64,000 nt of DNA from an uncultured Desulfobacterales bacterium. Its GTDB lineage: Bacteria; Desulfobacterota; DSM-4660; Desulfatiglandales; HGW-15. The notes under the pieces were generated by a model. The model made no database searches. It was not told the DNA's origin and worked only from the letters and a program-made list of their open reading frames with translations. A program made the translations under genes and the position numbers. Positions within the stretch are counted from its first letter, which is position 1. Each line of letters starts with the position of its first letter. The stretch is taken from contig CAZYJR010000002.1 of the NCBI GenBank assembly GCA_964647905.1, positions 7,198 to 71,197 on the forward strand. The letters are read 5' to 3'. Shown one piece after another: positions 32,466 to 41,664 of this stretch.

Positions 32466-33923
32466 TCATCCCCTCCGCTCCGGGGATCGAGGGGCTCGAA
32501 GCATGCCCCGTACCCAATCCACCGGGGCCAGCGCTTCCGAATCCGGCGCGCCTCCCGTGCCGGCGGCCGGCACGGGCAGGAGGATCCTGCAGATACGGTC
32601 GAACGGGTCGGACGCATACCGCTCAGAGGCGGGTCCCACCGCCGGCCCATCGGTCACAATGAATTGAGTGCCGGAAGCGATATCAGCCAGGTCGAATCCC
32701 TCGCCGAGGAAGCGCGGACCAGCTCCGCCCATCTCGTAGAGCCCCGCCCTCAGCCCGGGCCGGTCCGGAGAAAGCCCTTCCAGCCCCCGGAATAGGATGA
32801 CGTGGCTCCCGAGGCCCGGGGAAAGATAACTTACGTTCAGATCTTCCACCGTGAGCCCGCGGTCCAAACCCAGGAAGGCAAGGACGTGGGCGAGCTCCAA
32901 GGTTACCAGACCGCGCCTGGAATGGAGCTGGCTGAGGAGAGGGAAGGCGCCGGTATATCTGGGGTTGAGCTCCACGGGGTAAACCCTGTCCTCCTGCCTA
33001 TTGAGCAGCAAATCCAGCCCCAGGATTCCCTTGTACCCCATCGAAGCCAAGTATCGAGCCACTGCGAGACCCTGGGCCTGCCCCTCCCGAATCAGCTCTT
33101 CCTCCCAGAGGCCCGCCTCCCACGAGTGCCCGCAAAAAACCCCTTCGGACGGGAAAACCCCGGAAAGGGGGAAATCTATGAGCTGTCGCTGCGGGCCGGC
33201 CATTAGAACGCCGCTCCCGGTCACGCAGAGGGCCAGGCTGGCCGGGTCTCCTTTCATGAATCTGCGGACCGAGACACGCCGTATCCGGTCCCCCCGCCTG
33301 GAGCGGTCTCTCAGCATCCCGGATACACGGGCGTACTCTTCCCCGGAGTTGACAAAAAAAGTCGAACGACCGCCGCCTTGGATCACGTCCGGGAGCTGGA
33401 CAACCAGGCTCGGGCCCAGACCCTTGCGCCAGGAATCATACGAGAGCCCCAAAAAACCCGCCAGGCTCACTATCCGGCCGGGTATTCGGGGGAGCCCCAG
33501 GTCTCTCAGCATTGCTTGAAAGAAGGCCCTATCAGAGGCCCTGTGTCTCAGAGCCGCCGGGTTGGCCAGTAGCCTCCACCCCTCTTTCTTCGCCAGGGAC
33601 TCCAAGGCGGAGTAGGATTGGTAGAGGAGCAGGTGTACGGGCGAAGGGGGCTCCGCCAGATATTCGCGCACCCTTGGGTGGGAAAGGAGCCCCAGGGAAT
33701 CGCGGATCCCCTCCACGGCCACGCCTTCCTCTTCTAGGCAGAAGACCTCCATTTTCTCCCGCAGGGCCGGGAGATCGTCCGTCTTCCTGAGGCAGACCAC
33801 CCTGTAGCCGGGCACCGCGCCGGCCAGGGACGACCTCCCGAACCCCGAGAGGCCCACCCCCACCAACGACCCCTTAAGGGCGTCCAGGCGTCTTCGGGCG
33901 TCCCCAGGGACCCTCACGAACAC
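32466..33923 (-). CDS. ATP-grasp fold protein, unclassified
   Basis: YKGILGLDLLLNRQEDRVYPVELNPRYTG matches the ATP-grasp C-terminal Mg/ATP motif (E-x-N-P-R). GTG start 4 nt after the oppF-like stop. I cannot place the N-terminal ~200 aa in a family. Confidence 0.6.
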   Translation of the reverse strand: MFVRVPGDARRRLDALKGSLVGVGLSGFGRSSLAGAVPGYRVVCLRKTDDLPALREKMEVFCLEEEGVAVEGIRDSLGLLSHPRVREYLAEPPSPVHLLLYQSYSALESLAKKEGWRLLANPAALRHRASDRAFFQAMLRDLGLPRIPGRIVSLAGFLGLSYDSWRKGLGPSLVVQLPDVIQGGGRSTFFVNSGEEYARVSGMLRDRSRRGDRIRRVSVRRFMKGDPASLALCVTGSGVLMAGPQRQLIDFPLSGVFPSEGVFCGHSWEAGLWEEELIREGQAQGLAVARYLASMGYKGILGLDLLLNRQEDRVYPVELNPRYTGAFPLLSQLHSRRGLVTLELAHVLAFLGLDRGLTVEDLNVSYLSPGLGSHVILFRGLEGLSPDRPGLRAGLYEMGGAGPRFLGEGFDLADIASGTQFIVTDGPAVGPASERYASDPFDRICRILLPVPAAGTGGAPDSEALAPVDWVRGMLRAPRSPERRG

Positions 33924-33927
33924 GATG

Positions 33928-34938
33928 TCAGCTCCCTTCGCCTGAGGCCGCCCCTTCCATCTGGAAGCAAGCCACCCTTCGCTCCGGAGACACGCTTGCC
34001 AGGCCGGGGATATCCAGGCTGCACCTGGGGCTCCCGGCCTTGGCGCAGCGTTCGAAGAAGGGGCACCCGACCTGGCCGGGAGCTTCCCGCTCCTTTTCCA
34101 AAAGGGTACCGTACTGCTTCCTTGAGCCGGACCGCCCGAACCTGGGCAAGGCGTCTATAAGGGCCTGGGTGTAAGGGTGAATCGGGCTGCCTATTACGGC
34201 CGTTGTGGGGCCCACCTCCATCAGCACCCCCCGGTAGATCACGCCTATTCGGTCGCAGAGGTAGCGGGCCGCGGCAAGGCTGTGGGTGATGAACAGCATG
34301 CTGACACCGAACCGCTTCCTCATCTCCAGGAGTATGTTGAATATCTTTGCCGAATACGAGGCATCCAGCATGGAGGTGGGTTCGTCGGCGACCAGGAAAT
34401 CGGGCTCCAGCACCATGGCCCTGGCAATGGCCACCCGCTGTCTCTGCCCCCCGCTCAGTTGATGGGGGTAGCGGTTCATATGGGCCTCGGCCGGGGAGAG
34501 GCCCACGGTCTCCAGCATGTCCATAACCCGATCCTGCCGCTCCTCCCCCTTGGCCAGACCGTGGATCAAGAGCGGCTCTGCCACGCTTTCGTAAATCGAG
34601 AGCTGGGGATTGACCGCTTGGTAAGGGTCCTGGAAGATCATCTGGACCCTCCGGCGGTATGACTTCATCTCACTGCCCCTGAGCTCTGTGATATCCCTCC
34701 CTCCCAGGCGGATGGAACCTGATCCCGCGGTTTCCAGCTTGACGATGAGCCTGCCCGCCGTAGTCTTTCCGCTCCCGCTCTCGCCCACCAAGCCGAAGAT
34801 CTCCTTTTGCCGGACTCCGAGGCTGACCCCATGGAGCGCGGTGACCCTCCTCTCCGGCCGCCAGCCGAATAGGGCCCCCTTGGTGCGGTAGGACTTGGAC
34901 ACGGCCTCCAGTTCGAGTATAGGGGTGTCGGGTTCCAA
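33928..34938 (-). CDS. peptide/nickel-type ABC transporter ATPase (OppF/DppF-like)
   Basis: Walker A GESGSGKTT, signature LSGGQRQRV, Walker B LVADEPTS, and a C-terminal oligopeptide-type extension HPYTQALI. Confidence 0.9.
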   Translation of the reverse strand: MEPDTPILELEAVSKSYRTKGALFGWRPERRVTALHGVSLGVRQKEIFGLVGESGSGKTTAGRLIVKLETAGSGSIRLGGRDITELRGSEMKSYRRRVQMIFQDPYQAVNPQLSIYESVAEPLLIHGLAKGEERQDRVMDMLETVGLSPAEAHMNRYPHQLSGGQRQRVAIARAMVLEPDFLVADEPTSMLDASYSAKIFNILLEMRKRFGVSMLFITHSLAAARYLCDRIGVIYRGVLMEVGPTTAVIGSPIHPYTQALIDALPRFGRSGSRKQYGTLLEKEREAPGQVGCPFFERCAKAGSPRCSLDIPGLASVSPERRVACFQMEGAASGEGS

Positions 34939-34978
34939 ACGTTTTCTCCAACCTTCTTTCAGGAACGGGCGGCGCGTC

Positions 34979-35980
34979 TCAAGGGCCGCAATGCCCGCAC
35001 AGGACCCGGTGCGTGGGCGAGACCTCCAGCCACTCCGGCGGCCTGAGAGCGCATTCCCTGCCCGAAGCCGGGCACCTGTCGCAGAAACGACACCCGGGCG
35101 GCGGGTCCAACAGGCTCGGGGTCTCCCCCGGGATGGGGACCAGGTCCTTCATCTCCCCGGTGAGCGTGGGGTAGGAAGCGAGCAGGGCCCGGGTATAGAA
35201 ATGGCGCGGACTTTCAAGGACCTCCTCCCTGCTCCCATACTCCACCAGCTTGCCCGCGTACATCACGCCGATCTCGTGGGAGATCTCGGCCACCACCGAG
35301 ATGTCGTGGGAAATGAAGATGATGCTGATCCCCAAATCCTCCTGGAGCACCTTTATCTCTTCCAGGATCTGGTGCTGGACGATCACGTCCAGGGCCGTTG
35401 TAGGCTCATCGGCTATCACCAAGTCCGGGCTGCAGGCCAGGGCCATTGCAATGACGGCCCGCTGCTTCATGCCCCCGCTGTACTGGTGTGGATAGTCCCG
35501 CATGCGCTGAGTTGATAAGTTCACCAGACCGAACAACCTCTCCACCTCAACCAGGGCCTCCTCCTCGGTTACTTCAGGGCGGTGCACCCTGATGGCCTCC
35601 ACGATCTGGTCCTGAACGCGCTTGACCGGGTTCAGCGCGTTCATGGCGGCCTGGAATATCATGGCTATGCGGTTCCACCTCACCCTGCGCATCTCATCCT
35701 CGTCCTTGAGGAGCAGGTCTTCCCGGTCAAAGAGGATCCTCCCCCCGGATACGCGCGCATTGGGAGGAAGGAGCTTCATTACGGCCATGCCGATGGTGGT
35801 CTTGCCGCACCCGGACTCGCCCACCAAGCCCAGGGAGCGTCCCTTGGCCAAGGAAAAGGAGACTCCTTCGACGGCGCGCATGACCCCCCGCTTGGTCTTG
35901 TACCCGATGCTCAGGTCCGCCACCTCCAGGAGAGGCTCACTCCCAGAGTCCCGACCCCCTCTTGCGACGCCGGCGGTCAC
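34979..35980 (-). CDS. peptide/nickel-type ABC transporter ATPase (OppD/DppD-like)
   Basis: Walker A GESGCGKTT, YSGGMKQR, and VIADEPTTALD. The GTG at 35980 overlaps the permease stop (GTGA). The 618-aa track ORF is an out-of-frame upstream extension. Confidence 0.9.
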   Translation of the reverse strand: MTAGVARGGRDSGSEPLLEVADLSIGYKTKRGVMRAVEGVSFSLAKGRSLGLVGESGCGKTTIGMAVMKLLPPNARVSGGRILFDREDLLLKDEDEMRRVRWNRIAMIFQAAMNALNPVKRVQDQIVEAIRVHRPEVTEEEALVEVERLFGLVNLSTQRMRDYPHQYSGGMKQRAVIAMALACSPDLVIADEPTTALDVIVQHQILEEIKVLQEDLGISIIFISHDISVVAEISHEIGVMYAGKLVEYGSREEVLESPRHFYTRALLASYPTLTGEMKDLVPIPGETPSLLDPPPGCRFCDRCPASGRECALRPPEWLEVSPTHRVLCGHCGP

Positions 35981-36903
35981 TCCGTCTCCTCCTCCTTGCG
36001 AAGCCGCGGATCCAGGACCTCGTCCATGGCCCTTCCCAGCATGTAGAACGAGAGCGTAATCAGCGAGATGCACATGCCCGGCGGCAGCAGCCAGTAGGGG
36101 GCCTTGAACATGTGCCCGGTCTTCCACACCCATTGGAGCATCATGCCCCAGCTCACCGTCCCCGGGTCCCCGAATCCCAGAAAGGCCAGGGCCGCTTCTA
36201 TGGTGATCGCCGAGGTGACGCGGAAGGTCATGTACAGGAAGGCCAGTGGGAGCACATTGGGCATGATGTGCCTGAAGATGACCCTGGCATGGCCCGCGCC
36301 CGCAACCCGCGCCGCCTCCACGAACGGGCGCTCCTTGAGAGACAGGGTCTGCGCACGTATCACCCGGCTTACCCCGGGCCAGCGGAACAGCCCGATTATC
36401 AGCACTATGGTCCAGATGTTGAGCTGGCCGAAAAGCGCCGAGAGCATCAGCACAAAGAGCAGAGTGGGCATGACCATCACGATGTCGGCGAGCCGCATCA
36501 GGAGGGTGTCCACCGCCCGCCCCATGTACCCTGCCGTCAGACCCACCGCCGTACCCAGGACTACGGTCATGAAGGCGGCCGAGACTCCGACCATGAAGGC
36601 CACCCTTGCCCCTGCCAGGAGTTGGCTGAAGATATCCCGCCCCATGAAGTCGGTCCCCAGCCAGTGCTTCAGGCTCGGGCCCACTGAGTTTGATATCTCC
36701 GGGTCCACCCCGGTCATCGGCTTGTACATGGGGTCGACAAGCGGCGGTATATAGCTGGCAACGGCCATCAGGCCGAAAAGGACCAACATGCCCAGCCCCG
36801 CCCTGCCCAAAGGGTTCCGGATGAAAACGGACCAAGCCTCGCCCCAGCGGGACCGCCGCTGCGACCTCGGTACCGCGCGTCTTTCCCGGCTCGGGTCTGT
36901 CAA
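35977..36903 (-). CDS. ABC transporter permease (OppC/DppC-like)
   Basis: The N-terminus ...RWGEAWSVFIRNPLGRAGLGMLVLF is typical of OppC. EAA-loop region FVEAARVAGAGHARVIFRHIMPN. Start uncertain (TTG at 36903). Confidence 0.85.
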   Translation of the reverse strand: MTDPSRERRAVPRSQRRSRWGEAWSVFIRNPLGRAGLGMLVLFGLMAVASYIPPLVDPMYKPMTGVDPEISNSVGPSLKHWLGTDFMGRDIFSQLLAGARVAFMVGVSAAFMTVVLGTAVGLTAGYMGRAVDTLLMRLADIVMVMPTLLFVLMLSALFGQLNIWTIVLIIGLFRWPGVSRVIRAQTLSLKERPFVEAARVAGAGHARVIFRHIMPNVLPLAFLYMTFRVTSAITIEAALAFLGFGDPGTVSWGMMLQWVWKTGHMFKAPYWLLPPGMCISLITLSFYMLGRAMDEVLDPRLRKEEETE

Positions 36904-36929
36904 GCCGTCACCCCCAAGGGCTTCTCTCC

Positions 36930-37907
36930 TCAGTACCTGATTCTGGGATCCAGATAGGCGTAAAGCACGTCCACGATAACGTTTGAAACCAGCACCACCA
37001 AAGCGATCAACAGAAAGGCCGCCTGGGCGAGGGGATAGTCGCTGTGGCTCACGGCAAACACTAACTCCCTCCCGATCCCCGGCCAAGTGAAAACCGTCTC
37101 TGTAAGCGCGCCGCCGTTAATTGAGAAGGCGAGGCTGAGGCCGACCCCGGTGACCACCGGGAGCGCGGCGTTCGGGGCCGCGTGGTGGCTCCTTATGTCT
37201 TTGTCGCTCAGGCCCTTGGCCCTGGCGGTCAGTATATAGTCCTCCTTGAGGGTATCCAGCATGCTGCTCCTCATTACCAGGAGGGAGGAGCCGAAATGGA
37301 TCAGGAAAAGGGTGGCAAGGGGGAGCACCAGGTGGTGGCCCACATCAAGGATTTTTCTCCAAACCCCGGCCCCGGGGTCGAGCCATACGTCCTCTGAAAT
37401 CATCCCTGTAATCGGGAACCAGCCCAGCTTGTAGGAGAAGACCCAGATCATGAGGAGTGCCAGCCACGGCAGGAACAGCGTGTGTGTCAGCAATGATCCG
37501 ATGGTCAGCCAGGTGTCGGTCCCCGAGCCCTTGCGCCAAGCGGCGATCTTACCCAGGGCGATGCCCACCAGGGCCGAGAGGATGATCGAGGTGGTAAACA
37601 GGAGTATAGTGTTGGGGAGGCGGTCCCAGATCACCTCCTCCACCGGCCGGCCGTAGTGAAACGATACGCCGAACTCACCTTTGATGAAGTTGCCCAGATA
37701 GACCCAGTACTGGGTCCACAGGCCCTCATCCAGCCCCAATTGCTCCACCAGGTGCTCTGCGGCCTCCGGGGTCATGGTGGGATCCACCATGCGGGATACG
37801 GGATCGCCGGGGGCGAGACGGAAGAGCAGAAAAAGCGCAGTCAGGATCACGAAGAATATGACCGCAACCTGCATCAGTCTTCTCAGGACGAAGTTTCTTA
37901 GCTCCAC
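36930..37907 (-). CDS. ABC transporter permease (OppB/DppB-like)
   Basis: FVLRRLMQVAVIFFVILTALF N-terminus, with YILTARAKGLSDKDIRSHHAAPNA as the EAA loop. Confidence 0.9.
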   Translation of the reverse strand: MELRNFVLRRLMQVAVIFFVILTALFLLFRLAPGDPVSRMVDPTMTPEAAEHLVEQLGLDEGLWTQYWVYLGNFIKGEFGVSFHYGRPVEEVIWDRLPNTILLFTTSIILSALVGIALGKIAAWRKGSGTDTWLTIGSLLTHTLFLPWLALLMIWVFSYKLGWFPITGMISEDVWLDPGAGVWRKILDVGHHLVLPLATLFLIHFGSSLLVMRSSMLDTLKEDYILTARAKGLSDKDIRSHHAAPNAALPVVTGVGLSLAFSINGGALTETVFTWPGIGRELVFAVSHSDYPLAQAAFLLIALVVLVSNVIVDVLYAYLDPRIRY

Positions 37908-37917
37908 GACCGCCTGT

Positions 37918-39627
37918 CTATCTGGGTTTGATTGTGCAGAACGACCAAGCGTTTCCGATCCCTTCGAGCATGGGGACCCAACCCTTGTAACGGTCCGCCC
38001 TGACCGCCTCTATCAGGTGCGGGCTGTAAAGGGGCAGATACGGGACATCATGCATCAGGATCCGCTGCATCTCAAAGATCAGCTCACGGCGTTTTTCCGG
38101 ATCCATGGTGCGTGCGGATTCATCGGCCAGGCGGTCATACTCCGGATTGGAGTAGCCGCTCATGTTCCACCCGCCCTTCTGGTCGTTCTCGGAGTGGAAA
38201 AAGCTCCGGAGGTAGTCCGGGTCCAGGGAGAGGCGCCCGTAGCCCAGGACAAACATGTCAAAGTCATGGGAGCGCTTAACCTTGTCCAGCAAGGACCCGA
38301 ACGCCATGGGCTTGGCGGACGCCGGAATTCCGGCCGCCCTGAGCCACTCCTGTATCATGAGGCCCGCCATGGCCCGTGCAGGATCATAGTCCGCCGGCGG
38401 AGTAAGTATTGTAAAGGTCTCCATGGGTTCCCCGCCCGGGACCCTTATGCCCTCCCCCTCAACCAGCTCGCCTTCTCGGTTCACCGGCGGCCTCTCCCAC
38501 GCATACCCCGCCTCCTTCAGGAGCTCGTACGCCTTTCGGATGCGTTCTCCACGGAGTACGGCCGTTCCGGCGTAATCCGGCTCTTCCGGACAATGCCAGA
38601 ACTTGTTCCCCGGAGGCACTATTGAGTGCATCTCCGCCCCGTATCCCTGGAGGACCCTTAGCATGATGAAATCCCTGTCAACCAGGCAGGCCACCGCCCT
38701 CCTGAAGGCGGGATCGGAAAACGGTTTCTTACGCAGATTGAACCCGAGGTAGTAGAGTGCGCTCCTTTCATTGGTAAAGAGATTGATGTCGGGATGCTCC
38801 TCCAGCTCCTGAATGTACCCCGGTTGAATGCTCCACCAGAAATAATCGATGTCCCCCTTCTTGAGGGCCATGACGGCGGCATCTGATGTGCCGTAGGTCT
38901 TGAAGATCAGGCCGTCTATATAGGGCCCCAGGAGGTGTCCCGCCATCTCTTTGCCGGTGCCGAAAAAATGCTTGTTCCTTTCCATAAAGATGTAGGCGCC
39001 CTGCTTCCACTCCTTGAGAGCGAAAGGTCCCGTCCCAACCGGATCTCTGACCTTGTGGTTGCGGAGCGCGGCCAGGGGCTTCTCTGTTTCCAGCGCAGCC
39101 TTGACCACGGGTTCCCATTGCCTCTTCTGGACGATGGGCGTTGTCAGAGTCCGCTCCCTGAAAGTGGCCATGGGTTCGGCCAGGTGGAAGCGGACCGTGC
39201 GCTCGTCCACCACCTCCACCTCCCTTACGAACTCCCAATTGCTGTACCTGCGGGAGTCCCGGACCTCCTTGATGGTCCGGGCCGTAAAGGCGACGTCCTC
39301 GGCCGTGAACGGAGTGCCGTCCGACCACTTGGCATCCCTGAGCTTGACCGTGTAGGCGAGCTTCTCTTTGTCCAATACGGGCAGGCCTTCGGCCAGCCAC
39401 GGCACCAGCTCGAGCTTGTCCGGTTCGTGCACATACAGGGGATAATACACCAGTCCCAGCACCTTGCGGGACCAGGTATCGCTCGCCAGCCAGAAGTTCA
39501 AGGTCTTGGGCTCCTCCAGGAGGCCCACCTTGAGAAAGTCGGCTGCACCGACCGACCCGCCGTAAGAGATAACCGCCGTCAAGACAGCTAGAATGACCCC
39601 CTTCACCCTGCAACTCAGTGAACCCAT
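37918..39627 (-). CDS. ABC transporter substrate-binding protein, family 5 (peptide/nickel/opine type)
   Basis: Signal peptide, 569 aa, and family-5 SBP motifs (LVPWLAEG...KLRDAKWSDGTPFTAEDV). Confidence 0.9.
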   Translation of the reverse strand: MGSLSCRVKGVILAVLTAVISYGGSVGAADFLKVGLLEEPKTLNFWLASDTWSRKVLGLVYYPLYVHEPDKLELVPWLAEGLPVLDKEKLAYTVKLRDAKWSDGTPFTAEDVAFTARTIKEVRDSRRYSNWEFVREVEVVDERTVRFHLAEPMATFRERTLTTPIVQKRQWEPVVKAALETEKPLAALRNHKVRDPVGTGPFALKEWKQGAYIFMERNKHFFGTGKEMAGHLLGPYIDGLIFKTYGTSDAAVMALKKGDIDYFWWSIQPGYIQELEEHPDINLFTNERSALYYLGFNLRKKPFSDPAFRRAVACLVDRDFIMLRVLQGYGAEMHSIVPPGNKFWHCPEEPDYAGTAVLRGERIRKAYELLKEAGYAWERPPVNREGELVEGEGIRVPGGEPMETFTILTPPADYDPARAMAGLMIQEWLRAAGIPASAKPMAFGSLLDKVKRSHDFDMFVLGYGRLSLDPDYLRSFFHSENDQKGGWNMSGYSNPEYDRLADESARTMDPEKRRELIFEMQRILMHDVPYLPLYSPHLIEAVRADRYKGWVPMLEGIGNAWSFCTIKPR

Positions 39628-39642
39628 ACCCTTTTTCTCCTT

Positions 39643-40665
39643 TCAGCATTCCCTTGAGATCGCCTTGGACTCTTGCCCCTGCTTCATCTCCAGGACCTTC
39701 TTCTCTATAAAATCTATAACCTTCACCTCCAGGCGCGTATTGTCCAGGCGGTTGATCCTGGGTATGCCCCCGGGGCTCACGCAGTTTATCTCCACCAGCT
39801 TGTTTCCTATGAGGTCGATCCCCACGAAGAACAAACCGTCCTGAACCAAGCGGTCCTTTAGGATCCCGCAGATCCGCCGCTCCTCCGGGGTGACCCGGTG
39901 CCTGAAGGCCCTTGCCCCCGCATGGATGTTTGTCCTGAAGTCCCCGTCCCGCGGCCTGCGCCTCATGGCCCCCAGGATCTCTCCGTTCAACAACAGGATA
40001 CGTACGTCCCCCTCGGTCTGAACCTGCTCCAGGCACTCCTGGACCATGATGGGCTCGCGGTCCGGGTAGGCCCGATACGCCCTGACGTAATAGTTGATCA
40101 AGGAGTGGAGATTTTCCCTGTCTCGTATGCTGACCTTGATCACACCCTCTCCGCCGTAGCGTTGAAGCGGCTTTACCACCATTGACCCGCCGAACTCGTC
40201 GATGATCTTCTTCAGCCTGCCCGGATCCCGGGAAATATGGGTCTCCGGAATTATCTCCGGGAAGTTGAGGGTGTAGAGCTTGCTGTTGGCAAAGAGCTGT
40301 CCCCGCGTGCTGTTGATCATGAAGACCTGGTCGTTCACCGGATCCAGGAACTCCAGGCTCTGGTAGTTGAGAGGCGGGTTCTTGCGGAGGAAAAGGGCGT
40401 CCAGGTCGGTGACCGTCTCGAAGATCAGCTCGTCCCTCTTCAGGCACCTGATCAAGGAGCGCCAGTAGCGCTTCATGGTCAGGTCGGGCGGCACGGTGAT
40501 GTTCCGCATGCGCGCCACCACTTCGTTCTTGCGGATATAGATGTCGTGCGGTTCCAGGAAGTATACGTTGTGGCCGCGCTGGTTGCACTCGTACATCAGG
40601 TGGCTGGTGGTCTCGTTGACCGGATCAATGGAATCCAGCCGATCCATGACGAATGCGATTCTCAT
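39643..40665 (-). CDS. glutathione synthetase (GshB)-like ATP-grasp ligase
   Basis: Pre-ATP-grasp N-domain MRIAFVMD...D.TSHLMYECNQRGH, then VVKPLQRYGGEGV, and KLVEINCVSPGG matching the GshB EIN-x-SP motif. The start overlaps the rimK-like stop (ATGA). Confidence 0.75.
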   Translation of the reverse strand: MRIAFVMDRLDSIDPVNETTSHLMYECNQRGHNVYFLEPHDIYIRKNEVVARMRNITVPPDLTMKRYWRSLIRCLKRDELIFETVTDLDALFLRKNPPLNYQSLEFLDPVNDQVFMINSTRGQLFANSKLYTLNFPEIIPETHISRDPGRLKKIIDEFGGSMVVKPLQRYGGEGVIKVSIRDRENLHSLINYYVRAYRAYPDREPIMVQECLEQVQTEGDVRILLLNGEILGAMRRRPRDGDFRTNIHAGARAFRHRVTPEERRICGILKDRLVQDGLFFVGIDLIGNKLVEINCVSPGGIPRINRLDNTRLEVKVIDFIEKKVLEMKQGQESKAISREC

Positions 40666-41555
40666 CCGGTGGACCCTTCCGGTGAGACGGCGTATCGGAT
40701 GATCTGGGCAGCGATATCCAACCCCGTGCTTTTCTCCAGGCCCCTGAAACCCGGGCTGTAGTTCACGTCCACCACCAGGAGCTTCCCATTCTTTCCTACT
40801 ACCATATCCACTCCGGAGATATCAAGCCCAAGGGCGGTTGAAGCCTCCACCGCCCATCGCCCCGCCTCGCCTCCCTGGACCATGGGCGAGGCACGTCCCC
40901 CCAGATGATAGTTCGCCCTGAACTCACCCTTCTTTGGGGTCAGCTCCATGGCCCCGGCCACGCGCCCACCTACCACCAGGACCCTCAGATCCCTCCGGCC
41001 TTCGGGCGGTATGAATTCCTGGACCACCATCCCCGCCCCCAATTCCGGGCGCTCCTTGAGCAAATCAACCGCCTGGCCCACCCCTTGGACCAGGAAGACC
41101 CCCGTGCCCTGCCTGCCTTGGGGGGGCTTGAGCACCACAGGACCGCCCCCGAGCCGGCGGACCGCTGCTGACAAGTTCTCCGGATTGCCGGCGTAAAGAG
41201 AGCCGGGGACCGGGATCCGCCGGGCTGCAAGGGCTTGAATGGTCCTGAACTTGTTCCTGGCAATCGATATCGCCGAGGCCCGGTTGATCGTCCTGATCCC
41301 CATCATCTCCACGTGGCGGACCACGGTCAAAGGAAACTCCCTTATGGTGGACCCCACCCTGGGGAGAACCGCGTCCAGGTCCAGTGTCGCTCTCAGGTGC
41401 CGCAGCAGCAGTCCTTCAGCCGTGACGTCCAGGTACAGCTTGGCCGGATGCAGGAGCCTCACCTCGTGCCCCATGGACCTCGCCGCCTCCATCAGCCTAC
41501 GGTTCGGGTGGTAGTTATGATTCCTGAAGCTCAATACGCCTATTTCCACATACAT
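40662..41555 (-). CDS. RimK-family alpha-L-glutamate ligase-like ATP-grasp protein
   Basis: ARNKFRTIQALAARRIPVPGS, VVLKPPQGRQGTGV, RVLVVGGRV and LLVVDVNYSPGFRGLE match RimK motifs. ATG at 41555 with a GGGAGA RBS. Confidence 0.8.
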   Translation of the reverse strand: MYVEIGVLSFRNHNYHPNRRLMEAARSMGHEVRLLHPAKLYLDVTAEGLLLRHLRATLDLDAVLPRVGSTIREFPLTVVRHVEMMGIRTINRASAISIARNKFRTIQALAARRIPVPGSLYAGNPENLSAAVRRLGGGPVVLKPPQGRQGTGVFLVQGVGQAVDLLKERPELGAGMVVQEFIPPEGRRDLRVLVVGGRVAGAMELTPKKGEFRANYHLGGRASPMVQGGEAGRWAVEASTALGLDISGVDMVVGKNGKLLVVDVNYSPGFRGLEKSTGLDIAAQIIRYAVSPEGSTG

Positions 41556-41664
41556 TCTCCCACCGCGGAATTTCAAGCCGAACAGGGTTGCCCGCAACCC
41601 GGCATCCTGATATGGATCATTATCATAGGTCTCTTCACCCGGATCCCGGCCAGGAGGATCGCTA

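Noticed and set aside
35981-36835. N-terminal 285 codons of the 618-aa ORF 34979..36835
   Set aside because: This part overlaps the OppC-like permease in another frame. OppD homology begins only at ...LLEVADLSIGYK, and a GTG at 35980 overlaps the permease stop. Only 34979..35980 is annotated.
38768-40588. 606-aa ORF on the minus strand
   Set aside because: It overlaps out of frame with both the family-5 SBP gene and the GshB-like gene, which have clear family motifs. Its composition (Gly/Arg/Pro-rich) is not protein-like.
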